From Caecitellus pseudoparvulus (lineage: Eukaryota; Protista; Bigyra: Bicosoecida), in NCBI GenBank assembly GCA_965644315.1, contig CBFFRQ010000089.1, positions 682,001-746,000 on the forward strand: a stretch of 64,000 nt of DNA. The letters run 5' to 3'. Positions 22,101 to 35,500 of this stretch are shown piece after piece (position 1 is the first letter of the stretch; each line of letters begins with the position of its first letter). Under the pieces are notes generated by a model that searched no databases, was not told where the DNA came from, and saw only the letters and a list, made by a program, of their open reading frames with translations. A program made the position numbers and the translations under genes.

Positions 22101-22252
22101 TGACGGAGGTGGCCGCCATGGTGCGTTTCAGCCTGCCTCCCTCCTGCTACGCCACGGTGCTGTTGGAGGCGCTGACGGGGGGCGGAGCGCATGAGGAGAG
22201 CGACAAGCATGCCGCCCGTGCGGGGGGGGGCGACGTGGAGGATGCAGAGTAG
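19157..22252 (+). CDS. PUS7: TruD-family pseudouridine synthase (PUS7-like)
   Basis: Motifs: K....DFIVNE, AGIKDKHGVTTQ (catalytic Asp), GELGGNRFTLTLR, GFLNVFGQQR.G, HAYQSLVWN, VVLPLPG, GSYR.L, FSLPPSCYAT. An alternative in-frame ATG lies at 19268. Confidence 0.92.
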   Translation: MATVFSVARCVNHIARLSTRPRPRASNSRQAPALALSMASASPPPPGGDGWVLPCKVKSSPYDFIVNELDASGQVLALGDHAEPHVPAELSAGAVSAAAAAAATSMAWTASTDAAAATLLQHFAPHVASAAAQQAFDRATPLGSAVPASDTLTQHVQACTGALAAGSGPAATTSTPPPDPARLVLSLAGTRVGTDKSVRRDVRQALIVLFPHLEASLGSTAGASGQYAELALTVPRYMPALVEALDPSDVWRLLTFLQCGPHEASAAAGVTIGLPEDREVRKALFKLLRGSFRNIRIGDTRGGGAAGTAEGGGDGADPGPTRRTVHITFMPPRGRAGGHKRPRGGGRGGAPADPSGIASTAWLHCTLQKVGMEQLKVLGEISSRLRGALSDTAGIKDKHGVTTQRVSFRGVTPAQLVQAVGTLRAKVASDGMPHHAQTDGRVAVDTDTLGPGVFTAVTPLEVGAFAVHSRCLEHGELGGNRFTLTLRQAPAPSPRHPMDEDTALQGIPLQDTGLPETCLVGYPADLATSVAPAPPPIAGTASIGELDVGDLQRRMAALASCGFLNVFGQQRVGTGFVTAGFSAPDCGAAVYRMALPQLLHRVMQGRPGLPTAADARLGHQWRSQWEASLPSLAATVREGGPLVGGPTKAEKKFLAGAAKSCPRSCYGQKQVLSALARKVQGWGKGLSDMPHALRLLWMHAYQSLVWNRMARLRWSLAPTGVLEGDLVAVDGEGAGMDAWDMALRPTAGQQGSTPTATAPKWHIHTVTRAEVEAGVFRMEHVVLPLPGYTTLFPHNAVGAAYMQHLWADQTHHMLWPTVAAAMRVGRMTAVQREHLAAAQPEAVQALLGSGVLPPPAAATMAPVVQAAAQAPAAEVVHTSYGDVAVPSAAICRAAELEGEHGGMGTGAGRPEPRCSSYVTPGMALPKWASAAKGSYRHLIVRPRDTAAWVGRVPAVSAVPLPRPDAPPAKAARGEDGAGVEGVTEVAAMVRFSLPPSCYATVLLEALTGGGAHEESDKHAARAGGGDVEDAE

Positions 22253-22280
22253 GTGCTTGAATTCAGCTGCTGCGCTCGGC

Positions 22281-25200
22281 TCACTTGAGCGCAGCCTTGG
22301 CCACCCGCCGCGCACAGGCCTCCGCCACACTGGCCACGACGTGGGCGTCGGCTCGGCGGGCGGGGTCCCGCGTGAAGCACATGTCCAGCAACTGCTTGAC
22401 CCCCGTCGCCTCGCCTGAGCCGGGCAGCGCCAGCGCCGCCTGCAGCTGGTCCAGCACGGCAGCCTCCAGCACGGGGGGAGGCGGCGCGGCGCGCCCCGAG
22501 CTGCCGCCGCCCTCGCCATCCCGCACCCCCGGCGCACTGCCCCCCGTCACCCGGGAGTAGAAGGACACCCACTGGCTCTCGCACTCGGCTGCGAAGGGGC
22601 TGACCCCTGTCAGCAGCTCCACCAGCAGGCACCCCAGGGACCACACGTCGGCCGTGTGGGTGGACCCGCGCAGGCGTGTCCGGTCGATGTCCATGCCGGT
22701 CAGCGCCGCCTTGTCCCGCCCCCCCAGCGCCAGCACCTCCGGCGCCTTGATGCAGTCTGTGCCGGGAGACATGGCACACCACCCCGCCCGGGCAGGCAGG
22801 CCTGGCGTGTATGTCGCCTCGCCGAAGTCTGTCAGCGCGACGAGGTGGTTGGGCAGGAGGTGCCGGAACAGCGGGCGCTCTGCGGGGCTCTCAGCGCCTT
22901 GCAGCGGCAGGAACGCCGTGTCCCCCGCCAAGCCCTCCGCGTCACTGGCGGCACCGGCAGTGGAGGCTGGGCTGCGCGTGCGGAAGCCCCGGACGTGATC
23001 GCTGGCGTGTGGGGACTCCAGCTGGCGCTGCAGCGCGGGCTTGAGCCACCGCGGAGCCGTGGCGTCCGCAGGGTGTGGGCGGGGCTGCCTGTCACTGGCG
23101 CCGTCCACGAACGGCACGGGGCCTGCCTGCAGCACTTGCCGCATGGCGCCCGTGAGCGCCGCCCGGCTGGGGCGCCACCGCAGCAGCACGTTGTCGGCTT
23201 TGATGTCGTAGTGCGTTACGCCGCGGTCATGCAGCCAGGCCACTGCGCGGCAGACTGCCGCGAACACGGCCAGGATGGCCGGCACGTCCTCTGCCTGCAG
23301 GGTGCCGGACAGGGTCTTGCGCCAGGAAGACGCGTTGGTGGCGCAGCGCTCCGTGACGAGCCAGTAGGAGTCCACAGTGAGGCCAAAGTCCCACAAGCGC
23401 GGCACTGGCGGCAGCACGTGCGTGGCAACGTGTTCCGCCATGGTGTTCTGGTACAGCGCCACGCTGGTGAACAGGTCCCCCACTGGCATCTGGTCGTCTG
23501 CCGAGGTGGGCAGCTGCACCTGCTTGGCTGCCAGGGGGAAGGTGGGGGGCGGGATGGCCTGTGAGAGGGGACCGGCGCCCTCCCGCAGTGCCAGGGCGGC
23601 CGCAACGGTGTCCTCCCCCTCTGGCGGCGCCGCGAAGGCTGCCAGGGAGGGGCTCCACATGTGGGTGTCTGCCAGTGCCATGGCGACGAGGGCGGTGGGG
23701 GAGGGCGACAGGGGGGGCACCCAGCTCACCTCCACCACCTCCCCGTACGCGCCCCGCCCAATGCGGCTGCCCTCCCCGTACACGCTGACGTCCATGCAGC
23801 CCCGGCACAGCAGGCGCAGCAGGCGCACTGTGGCGATGCCGGACGCCCCGGACAGCCGGCACAGCCACGGCAGCATGGGGGCAAAGGCTGCCGTGTTCAG
23901 GTGCCGCTGCAGGGCGAAGAGGATGTTGTGGGGCAGGGGCAGGGCGGGTCCCGCGACCTCGTGCCCGCCTGAGCTGATGCGCGCCAGGGCCTGGGCCTGG
24001 TGGCCCACCATGCTGCTGAGGATGGTGGCTGGGTGGGCCGAGGCGGGCGCCTGCCACATGCCTGCCCGTGTGGTGGAGGAGGGCGCGGCGCTGGGGGTGC
24101 CCCCGGCTCCGCCGCCGCCGCGCTCCTCGTCCTCCGTCCACCGGGAGTCCGACGACGCCACGGACAGGGTCAGCAGTCCCAGTCCGTGGGATGAGCCCCG
24201 CTCCTGGCTGGGCAAGCGGCTGCTGTTGGCTTTGGGCAACCAGGGGGACGCCGCGGCGGGGGAGGCCATGCGCCCAGGCAGGGGGCTGACAAAGCCCTCT
24301 GTCACGTCAGAGGGCCCGATGCTGAGCACTGCGCCGCTCTCGCCCATGGGGCCCGCACTGCTGACGGAGCCGTCTTCCGAAATGGACAAGTCCAGCCTAT
24401 CCTCAGTACCGGCAGCCGAGGGGCGTGGCGGGGGCTGCGTCGGCAGCTGCACGGCCGGCTGAGTCCGGCTGGCATCTGACCGTGCGCGAGCACCATCTGC
24501 CAGCTCTGAGCCGCTGTCCGAGTGGGATCCTTCGGGGATGGTGGAGCCGTCGTGGGCACGGGCGCCGTGGCGGTCCCAGGCTGCCAGGCTGCGCGCACTG
24601 GGCAGCTGCTGGCTGGCCGGCCGGCTGACCATGATCACCACGTCCTCCTCGTCCGACTCCCGCCCCTCGTCCTCCACAGACACCTCCCCAGTGCCCTCCA
24701 GCAGCAGGGGTGGCTCGCCCAGCAGCGCTCGGCCGGGGTCCACCCCATCAGCCGGTGCGTGAGCCACTGGCTCCGGGCCCGAGAAGCTGCCGTCCCCACC
24801 GTACACCTTCAAGTCGCCCTGCAAGGAGGCTGCACTGACCTCGTGCAGGGCAGCGAAGGGGTGGCCAGCCAGGGGGTCCTGTGCCGGGAACCGCCTGTGG
24901 AAGGCGGGGTTCACCGTCGCGCCCGAGGGGGAGATGAGTCCGGACAGGGCAGCATGCAGCATGGCCACGTGCATGGCGGGGGGTGCCAGCAGGCGCCGCA
25001 GGACGGGGTGGCTGCGCAGGTGAGGCGGCAGGGCAAAGGCAGTCCCCATGGCCATGCCGGCCCCCGCCGCGCCGACACCACCGACGCCGCCCGCCAAGGC
25101 GTCAGCCTTGTCCACGACGGCCAGCCGTGGGATGGCCAGGCCCGGCCCCCGAGGCGGCTGCACCGTCGCACTGCGCACACGACCGGCGCTGCCAACGCGC

Positions 25201-28200
25201 CTTCGCTGTGCGGGGGACAGGGCTGCAGTGGCGCGCCCAGCTCCGCCGTGGGCCGGCGGGCCGGAGGGGGAGGGTGAGCCTGCCTCGGGCAGGGCGGCAG
25301 CCAGCGCAGCCATGGTGTCCAGAGACCCTGACCGCTTGCGCATGTGGCTGGGCGAGGGAGGGGGGCCCAGGGGCTGGGCGGGGGCGCCGCCGTACACCTC
25401 GTCCAGGTTGAACTCGCTCTCGCTGCCCCAGCTGGCTGTACTGCCGTCCAGCCCCATGTCGATCACGTGCACTGAGGGGGAGGCCGGGGCTGGAGCGGGG
25501 GCTGCCTTCGCAGCTGGCACAGGGGCGGGCGCCGGGGCCGGGGCCGGGGCGGGTGCGGGGGCTCCAAGGAAGGAGCCGATTTCGAAGTCGTCGTCGTCGT
25601 CGTCCCAGGACAAGTCTGCGCTGTCGATGGAGGCGTCCATGTCAATGTACTTGACGGGCTTGGCCTGGGGCTGCGGCTGGGGCGGGGAGGCGATGCCGCC
25701 CCCCTGGCTGCCAGGCCTGCCCTCCTCCCCGCCCAGGGACACCGCATCGAAGGCGAAGGGGGGGGACATGCCCCCCCCGGTGTCGGAGGCGGACGCACGG
25801 GTGCCGAAGCTGGGGCGGCGGTTCGGCATGGGCGGGCGCCCTGCCCCGGCAGGTGTCGCGCCACTGGCTGCCCCTGACGTGGCGCTGGCAGGGCTCAGCG
25901 TGCCGATCGGTGCAGACTGCCCGGACAGAGCCCGGACAGGGGGCGGTCCGGACTTGAGGGCGCTGGGGGGGGGGCGTGCCGCCACGGCGGTCAGTGCCGT
26001 CTCCAGCACCGTGAACCAGCCGCTGAGGACGAGGGTGGCGGTGAGGGCGGCGTCCCGCTGCAGCGCCGCCTCGAACGCGTGTGTCGCGGCGTCCTCCCCC
26101 TCGGCCGTGTCGTCCACTGCCGTGAGCCACGCGCCGCCCAGGCGCCTGCGGTGGCTCGCAGGGGACAGGCCGTTCTTGCGCAGGGCCCGCCGCATGGCGG
26201 TGGCCGTGCCGTCCTTCAACAGGCCTTCCCCAGGGTGGCCCCCTGGCGTCTCCACGCTCATAACCGTGTCAGTGATGTCGGGGTGGTCGGCTCCTCGCAA
26301 GCGCCGAGTGCTGGCGGGGGGGGCGCCAGTGGTGCCCACACCCGACACCCGCAGGGCAGACTGCAGCAGGGCCACGCTGAGGCTGTCTGCGGCTGAGACC
26401 GGCACGGCGGCTGACGCCTCTGAGGAGACGTCCGATGAGTCGCCGCAGGGGGCGGAGTCACTCTCAGGAGCTCCTGAGTGCGCCTTGGACAGGGACGTCA
26501 CCAGAGTGGTGGTGGCCACCATGACCAGGGAGCAGATGGTGCGGGCGGAGTCAGCCAGCCACACGGCAGGCACAGTCTCGGGGTCCAGAACTAGAGGCGG
26601 CGCAAAGGAGGTGCTGGTCCACCGTGCACCGGGTGAGATGTGGTACGTCGCGACGACCCGCGCAGCCAGCTGCAGTTCGGCAGGGGAGTGGGACGAATCG
26701 AAGAGCGGGTTCATGACCACGGAGAGGGGGGAGACGAGGCCCACAGTGGACAACGCCGCCCCCAGGCGCGTCGCAAGCGACAGCGCTGACACGTACCCCG
26801 CAGGGGGCAGCAGACTGCGCTGGTCGCCCCGGCGCCAGGTGGAGTGCGAGCCCGAGCGGCCCGACTGCGTGGAGCTGCGTGTCGGCGTGGCGGCCGCATC
26901 CTGTGACCGCAGCTGGGCGGTGCGGAAGGTAAGGGCCGCCTGCAGCAGCAGGCGCACCGTGCCAGCCAGGATGCCCTCCGTGAACATGGCCCCCACGGAC
27001 CGCTTGCGGTAGGTGGGCGCCATGCTGCTGGAGCGGATGGGCGCAATGACCCGCCAGGCCACCGTCTGCGCCGCACCCAGGGACAGCTGTGCCATGCACC
27101 GCAGGCAGAACCAGTGCAGGGGGGGCGTCGTCGGGGCCAGGTGCTCCGGCACCGCCCCTGCGAGGGGGGAGTGGCTGGCAGTCGGCGCCTTGGGGGCGAG
27201 CAGTGCCGCCATTTCCGCCGTCGTGCTGGCCAGGAGGGCCACGACAGAGGACACCGCCAGGATGGTGCCCCCCACAGCAGCGCGGATGGAGGCGAGGCGG
27301 AAGGGGGGGATGGGCAGCATGCGGTCGTGGTGGGTGAGGACGGAGATGAGGGCGGGGCGCGCGACGACTGTGCGCGCCGCCTCACACAGCCCAGCCACCA
27401 GCACAGACACCTGGGACAGCGTCACGAGGATGCTGTGCAGGGCAGCTGGGTGCCCCGTGTGCCGCGCACACAGCACCAGGCGCTGCGCGGCATCCACCAG
27501 CGCCTCGTGGGCCGCGGACGCCATGGCCGCACCGTGCAGTGCCAGGGGTGCCTCATCCAGCACGCTGCCACTGGGCTTGACAGGGGTTGCCGGCGACAGG
27601 AAGGACGTGTCACGCGCGTCGGGGTGTCGGGCCAACCACCCCCGCTGCACGGGGAGGCGCACCAGGTGCAGCCAGGCCTGGGGCAGACACGAAGGGGGCA
27701 CAGGGGCGGAGGAGGCGGCGGCGTCCACCTGCCTGGCCGCCACCCGGCCCGCATCTGATGCCGCGGCGAGGAGCAGAGGCAGCACCCTGGCTGCGGGGAC
27801 AGAGGGGTGTTCCTCCGTCGCCCCAGCCGGCATGCCTGCGAAGGCGGGGTGCGCCTCCAGCGCCGGCGCGATGGGTGGCAGGGCTGGCACGAGGGCCAGG
27901 ATGCAGTGCGGCGGGGCAGCGCCCCCCTCCAGGACACTCCAGGCTGTGCTGCTGCGCTGTGACGCCGGGCAGAGGGTTTGGCGCTCTGGCTGCACCGCGT
28001 CCGCGTCAGTGGACAGGGGTCGCGCATTGTCCGATGGCAGGTGCAAGTTCAGGAAGCCCTCCATGACCTGCAGAGGGGCCGTGCCGCTGCAGACAGGCGA
28101 CCCGTCGGGTGAGGCGGCTGGGTGGTAGTGGGCCCACCACGCCCGGCCACTGGGGTCTTCCAGCGCCTGACTCCCGCTGCCCGACCCATGCCGCACGTGC

Positions 28201-31200
28201 CTGGGCAGCGCCCCAGCACCGGGCCCGGCGTCGTCCAGGCGAGCCCACCGGCAAGACATGCCCTTGCTCGCGGCCAAGACCGATGGGCTCTGCATGAGGC
28301 CGGCCCACATCGAGCGCACTCGCCGAGCGGCGGCTGCCGTGCCTTCCACTGTCACGGCCTGGGACACGGCCATGCTGATGACGCTTTGGTTGGCCCATCC
28401 TGCGGGGCCGAAGGAAGGGCGGTCCAGGGCAATGCCACGCCCAGATGCGCCGCCGCCGCCTGCCACGGGCTCCACGATGCTCACCCGAGACACAAAGGTG
28501 CGGCCTGGGCCGCCGCGGTGGGACAGGCGGCCGGTCGCGTCCCCGGCGCCCGCTGCGCGGGCTGAGTGCGCATCCGAGCCCAGGCGCAGCACAGACTGGT
28601 TCCGCGCCCGAGCACGGGGGCTGAACGTCAGGCGCGGGATGGTGACCTGCGAGCGCCCCGACAGGGGGCGGCCCTCCTGCACGGCCAGCCCGACGCGGGA
28701 GTGCAGACTCATGGAGATGTCAGTCAGCTCGCTGGGCACCCGGAACAGCCCGCGGTCTTCATCGGCTGCCTCTGACACCAAGGGGGTGAAGCGAGGTGCT
28801 GGGCCAGTGGGGTCGGCCAGGGCCAGAGCCAGGGCCTCGGTGTGGGGAGCGTCCCCCTCAGGTGGTGCGGCTGACGAGCGGGCGGTGGGGTCTGCGGAGG
28901 CTTCCCTCTCCGAGCGCTCAGCCGCGGAGGACTCCGTGGTGGAGGTGCTGTGGCTGGTCAGGCGGTTCCTGCCTGCCAGGGAGTGCCCGTCGCGCAGACT
29001 GGCGTAGGAGGGGGACGTGGTGGGCGTGGGGGACAGCGGGGGGGCGGCGCCGGTGGGGGCCATGGCGCGCTTGGGCCCGGACACGCCGCTGGTGCTGGAC
29101 CTGTGGCTGCGCGGAGGCGCGTGGCGGCCAGAAGCCGAGTGTGTCGGGGACGCACCCCCACCTCCTTTCGACATGGAGGACCCCTGCGCTGAGGGCTCCT
29201 GCACCAGGTCAGAGCCCGTGATGCTGCCCGTCTTGGACACGGCAAAGCCAGACACAGCTTCCCTGCCAAGGGGGGTCGTGGCCACCCGCAGGGGAGACGA
29301 GTCCCCCGTGGAAGCCCCCGGCGCGGCACTGGCACTGGCACTGGCAATGGCTCGGGCCTCGGAGCTGTCCACACTGGAGCCGCCAGTGGTCAGGCTGAAG
29401 CCCCGAAAGCGCTTGGAGGTCGCGAGGGCGCCACTGGTCTTGGGGGACGTCGGCAGGGGGAAGCGGCTGCCAGTGGGCTTGCCAGTGGACCCCGCCCCCG
29501 ATGCGGCGGGGGCCGGCGCCAACCCAGCAAGAGGCGGCTTCACACGCCCCGCCGCCGAGTCCCGGCCACTGGGCATGGCAGAGAAGCCCCCCACACTGGG
29601 TGACCCGGCACCGGGGTAGGCAGCCTGGGCGGTGGGCAGGGACTCCGTGCCAGCCAGCACTTTGGGCCCCACTGCGGGGGCTTCCGCCTGCATGAGAGCA
29701 GCAGCCCAAGTGCCCGGCACAGCGAGGGTGTGCAGGACCCACGGCAGCCCCACGAAGAAGTCCACGTCAATCTCCCGCAGGGTGGCAGAGGAGACGACGG
29801 AGGCGCGCGCCGAGTCCAGGCGAGATCGGCCGCTGGGCAGGCTGCCTGCCGAGTGGGGGTCCGAGGGCAGGGAGCTGGGGGTGGAGGCCGCCTCGCCCCT
29901 GGCCGGTCCCCGAAGCAGGACGGGGCGCACGTCGTGTTCCGCGGTGATGGAGGCGAGGATGCCGTCCCCCGTCACGCCCAGGCCCGACAGCAAGTCCTCA
30001 TGCGCCCGCAGCGTCTCGGAGCCGTCGTCGGAGATGCCGCCGCTGGCCTCCGAGGCACGCCGCCCCCGCCCGTCCCCCAGCGGACCATCCTCCTCTCCCT
30101 CCTCCCCGCAAGTGGAGGCTGCCAGTGCCTCGCACAACAGCCAGTGCAGCAGCTGCACGTAGCGCACCAGCCGGGCGTCCACTGCAGGCAGGCTCCACGC
30201 CCCCGCCGCCACGGAGCCCGGACCCGGCAGCACGGCCAGGTCCAGGGACCGACCGGGCACTGTGGACCAGTCCGAGTCAGTGGAGGTGGGCGTGTCTTGG
30301 GAGGCGAAGGGGCTGCCTGAGGCGGGGTCGCTGACTGCCGTGCGGTGCGTGCCTTGCACCAGGTGGGAACGATCGGAGAACGGCGCTGGAGGGGGGGGCG
30401 GCACCGTCCCCAGGCGCCGTGTGGCCAGTGCGACGGCGTGCAGGCGCAGACGGGCGAGGCGGGAGGCTCTGGCTAGCAGGGCAGTCAGCAAAGCGCCCAG
30501 GACATCGGGGGAGGGGCGTCCTCCCACCTCCACGCACTGCTGCAGTGACTCCAGGCCGGCCGTGCAACTGACGTGAGCCAGTGCGTGGGCCGGGAGCACC
30601 CCTGGAGGCACGTGCCTGTGGGGTGTCAAGGCCACACACCACAGCAGGACTCGCTTGGCCATGGCAGGGTCCCACTGGTGCTGTGGCGCCGCCGACGGCA
30701 CGACGCCGGGGGGGAGGCTGCCGCACAGCTCCGCCCACGCAGCGGAAGGAAGGGCATCCACTGGGCAGGCGGGGGGGGCAGGCTTGGCCCGGGACTTCAG
30801 CATGGTCTTGACGAGGCCGTCGGGTGCTGGGAGGAGGGGCTGCAGGGGGGTGTCGGGCGGTGCCACTGCCCCCCCCTGCGTGTCGTCCAGGAGCACAGAG
30901 GAGCCTGGTGCCACCTTGGCGTCCGCCCCAGCACTGGACCAGGAGCCCTGGAGCTCGGCCCATGAGCCGGGCAGGGCATCCGGGTGCCGGCCCACCCACG
31001 CCAGCACTTCAGCTTCGATGGAGCGAAGGCGCTCGTCAGGGGGCAAGGCATCCACAGGGGGCTCAGCCAGTGGCGCGGCAGCGTAGCGTGACGCGGCAGA
31101 GGGGGCACGCGGGGACTCGGCCCCCCCCGCAGAGGTGCAGCAGAACCAGCCCCGGCGCTGTGGCTTGCTGGGGGTGGCAGGTGGCGCCCTGAACGCCGGC

Positions 31201-32215
31201 CCGACAGCAGTCATGGCGTGTGGCGCACGAGGGGACATGACCAGGCCAGCGACGGGGATGGAGGGAGAGGACGGCACCAGCATCCACAGATTTCCCCCTT
31301 GGCAAGTCCACGCGCAGCGGCGCTCGGAAGCGGCGATGCCTGCCGCCGCACTCTGGGACAAAGGCACCTGCGGAGGATGGGAGAAACGCTGCCCCGTGCA
31401 CTTGCCGCAACTTGTCCGCGAGAGGAGGCAGGGAGCACGCACCTGGGTTGCCCACTGTTCTGGGGCAATGCTGGTCAACAAGGGCAGCACCTGTGCAGGG
31501 GCACAACGACAGTGCAACTCGCTGCAGCTGGCCTGCCAGCACGTTTCGACTCTGCTCACCTGATCAGCCAAGACCTGGGTGGCGACCTGCAGCGCAGCTG
31601 CGGCTGCGCTAGGTACCGTCACGGCTGCGAAAGGCGTAAAATTTGTGTGCCATCCCATGCAGTGACGGGGCGAGGCATGATCGCGCTCGTACATGCTGCG
31701 TCAATGGCCTCGATGCTGTGCTGTGGCACGTCGCCCAGCGGCAACTCCCACACAACCGTGCCCCGAACGCCAAACCTGGCCCACGCCTTGATGCACAGGC
31801 CACCCTGCGAAAGAAAGATAGATAGCGTGGTTACAAGGTGCTAGAGCTAGGGATGTCCTGCTCCTGGGGCCCAGTGCGCACCTGGTGCTTCTCAGAGGTG
31901 GCATGCACGTGCAAGCCGTCTGGCGCAGGCGAAACGCTGGCATGAAACGGCAGCGCCTGGAAGTCGATGCGCTGCGAGTGACCACCGGAGGGGTCTTGCA
32001 GCGTAAACGCCGCATGGATAGCACTGGACGCCATGCGTTGGGTGGGGCTGGAGCCCAATGGAGTCCCACAGGCCCAGGCAGAGAGCTGCGTGCTGGCACA
32101 GAATGTGCCTGGCGCTCCTCCTGCGATGGAAACGCAAAGTGCGCCGTCGCCGAAGGTGACTGCCGGGCGCAGGCCCAATGGCAGCGTGAGCAGCAGTGGG
32201 TCCAGCCTTACAGTC
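22281..32215 (-). CDS. Giant (>3100 aa) protein with C-terminal Ser/Thr protein kinase domain
   Basis: Kinase motifs: IGRGAYGEV, LAAKQV, HYDIKADNVLL, TDFGEA, GT.CIKAPE, DVWSLGCLL.EL.TG, DPARR. The 5' part is spliced, with phase-consistent introns at 31368-31442, 31491-31559, 31625-31692 and 31805-31881 linking to the ORF at 31882-32215. The true start (possibly ~32410) is unresolved. Confidence 0.85.
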
Positions 32216-32505
32216 CTAAGTCTTTATTTTGCTCGTGCTCCCGCACTGAACGGGCCCTGCCCTGCGAGGAACACACAGGTATCAGCGCAGAGACCCTTCG
32301 CTCATCCCTCGGCGCGCACAGCAGCCACACGTGCACAAAAACCAAACCCCACCTCCCCTACCCACATCGCACGTGCAACAAGCAGCACTCCCACGTAGTT
32401 GCACGCATCGCACGTGCCGCCTCGACGCCTGACGTCCCGCGCTGCGCTGAGCCACACGCACTGCGGTAGCGGAAGTTTCCTGACACTCTGCTCGACAGCG
32501 GCAGC

Positions 32506-35500
32506 ATGAGGCTTGCTGGCGCTGCCCTGGCATTCGCTGGGCTTCTGGCGGCATGCCAGGGTGCTGAAGTCGAGTGTGAACGCACAGAATCGGACATCAC
32601 CTGCGCGGCGTGCCGCGAAGGCGCTGGAATCAATGTGCGTGAGGTTACACCGCTGTCGAGCGAGGAGCCGCTCTCGCCTTGCCCTTCCTGACGGCCGCCC
32701 TGGCCACCCCTGCCGAGGAAGTCGTCGGTATCCATTCGGTGCATGGATGAGCCGCGTGCGTCGCCTTGGTGGCCCCCTTCGGCCTCTGTGGCCTTGACCT
32801 GCCGCATCAGCTGCTGCAGGCGTTTCATGCGCCGTGCAGCTGCCACAGCCGCGCAGTACGCCCACCCTCGCCCCTGCGCCGCGCACAGTCTCTGGACGGA
32901 ATCCCTCGCGTGAACCGGGGATTCCAGCCTGTTCCCAGCAACATCGGCGAGTTGGACTGGTTCCAATGCCAAGAAGAAGGTGTGTCCCACCCGGAGCACC
33001 CCTGTTACCGCGGCGTTTCGCATCACAACACCATCGCCTCACAGCTTCCATCGAAGCCTGCGCTGCCTCTGGCAGTGAGACTTGCTACGAGTCGTGCACA
33101 CTCGCGGACTTCTCCCCTGACCCATCCGCCCCTGCCGACCCCGACTCACCAGTCGCAGCAGTGGAGGGGTGGGCCATCTACGCAGGTGAGTGGCTCACGC
33201 CGGCACAGAAGCCCAGCGCTGCCGCACCAGGCATGCACCCCTCCGACACTGCCCCCTCCCGCAGGTGTGGCCATCGCCTTTGCCTTCCTCTTCGCCGTCT
33301 TCTCCGTCCTCTTCTGCATCGGGCGCTATTGCTGCTGCTGCATCAAGGGCGGCGTCTGCGGCCGCCGCCACCCCACCCTGCGCACTCACTTCCTGGGCTT
33401 CGAACCGCGCCCGCCGTTCCACTACCGCGCCGTGGAGGTGTGGGGCACGCAGGCCCTCATGTGGACGTACTGCGCCTTCGTCGTCGTCTTCATCATCGTC
33501 GGCAACGTGCGCGGCAACCAGGGCTTCACGGAGGCGCAGAAGGCCATGGTGCGGTCCCCCTCTGGCCTCATGGACACCGCCAAGGGCCTGACCAACCCCA
33601 TGGCCAACCTGGTGGTGTCCATGGCTGGGCGCCTGGCGGTGCCTGCCGTCCTGGCCCTGAACTCCACCCTCACCGACGCCGTGTCCCTGGACAACGTGCA
33701 GAGCAAGCTCACCTGCATCACCACCACAGTGCAGGACGCCCTGCCCGACCTCGGCGTCATCTCCAACACCGTGAACGAAGCCAACAACTCCAAGATTTCT
33801 GCACGCCAGGACTTGACCAGCGTCAACTCCTCCCTGCTCGTGCTGCAGTCCGAGCTGGACGAGGTGCAGCGCCGCATCAACGTCACTGACCAGCTGCTCG
33901 CGGAATTTGAAAGCGCCATCCCTGGCGTGAACACCTCCCTCTCTGGCATCCGCGTGGAGGTGCAGCAAGTCAAGAGCCCCTATGTCGATGAGTGGAGCAG
34001 CCCCTCCATTGGGCTGGCAGCCATGAGCTCTGGCCTCTCAGACCTGTCCAACTTGCCCTCTGACACGGACTTCCACAACGCAGCAGCCCACTTCGACCCC
34101 GACCCCCCGTCAGGTGGAGCAGTGGGCACAACTAATTACAACGACCGTGCTGCAGAGCTGGCTGCCATTGACGCTGTGGAGGCTGATTTTGACGCATCCG
34201 GCGACCACGGCGAGCTGGCCGACACACTGGAGGCGCACAACTCCCGCCGTGCATACTTCTTGAACAACAAAACCGCAAGTAGTGTCATTTCTGCCGCTGA
34301 GTCGCTGAACGCGTCCATCGCCAGCATGCCTGACCTCGCCGAGCTGCGGGCGAGCCTGGAGGCGCTGGAGGAGGTGCTGGGGGCTGGCTTCAACGGCACG
34401 ACACAGGCGAGGGACGGCGTCGTGAGCCTCAACGCCACCCTCATCACCTTCCCCCCCCTGACCCCCATAATCGACGAGCTGGCGCGAGTGCAGAACATTG
34501 GCGCCACTGTGACCTGCGCCCTGGAGCTGCTGGAGGAGCTGGCCACACTGAACCGCAGTGTGGTCTTGCTCCCCGACGCCATCAACAACATCGAAGGCAC
34601 CCTGGACCAGGTCAACGAAACTCGCAAGACGGTGGACGAGAGCGTGGAGACCCTGCAGGAGACCAGCCGCACCCTGGACCAGGTCACCGCCAACATCTCC
34701 GAGACGTTGTCCACGGCCGTGCAGCAGCTGGACGATGTGGAGGCTCAGCGTGAGCGCCTGGCCTCCGGCAACTCCACCCTGAACTTCACCTCCATCTACG
34801 AAGACATCGACGACCTGGGCGCCTCCCTGGACGCCCTCAACCTGACCCAGCTCGTGGATGCCATGCAGAGCTTCAACGACACCCTGGCAGACCCGGCAGT
34901 GGAGGCTGACCCAACGCTCATCGCTGCCCTTCGCACGCTCGACGCAGAAGTAGATGAGTTCAGGGCAGCTGCAGACGCCTATCACTTGTTCCACGAATCA
35001 GGAGTCTGCACATCGGCCCCTCAATCTTGTGACCCTTTGAGCCCTTCGTGCCCGAGCGGGCCTTGTGAAACCGGCGTCGCAGTTTGCACGGGTAATTATG
35101 TGACAGGCTGCTCCGATGACAGTGGCTGCAGTTCTGCCGGTGGCACCTGCTTGCTGCAGCGGCCCACGCTGCAGGCGGGTCCCTACTCGATGTACACAAC
35201 CGCCGCGTTCAGTGGCACTGCTACGTTGCAGGGCTCGCTGGATGCCGCCGCCGCAGCGCTGGACGACGTGCCCGACCTGGACCAGCAGCTGGCTGACATT
35301 GACAGCACCCAGAGCAACTTGGGCTCCTTCGATATCGCCGGGTACCGCCAGCAGCTGCAGGATTTGAGCGCTGAGCTGTCTGTGTCTGGGAACTCGTCTG
35401 ACTCCAGCTCAGGAGGCGATGGGGAGCCGTCACCCTTGCAAGCTGGCCTGCAGGATGCTCGCCAGCAACTCAATGCCTTTGCGCTGAACGAGGTGGACCA

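Noticed and set aside
25480-25565. GCCGGG tandem repeats
   Set aside because: They encode a Pro-Ala linker in the kinase gene and are not an independent repeat or CRISPR array.
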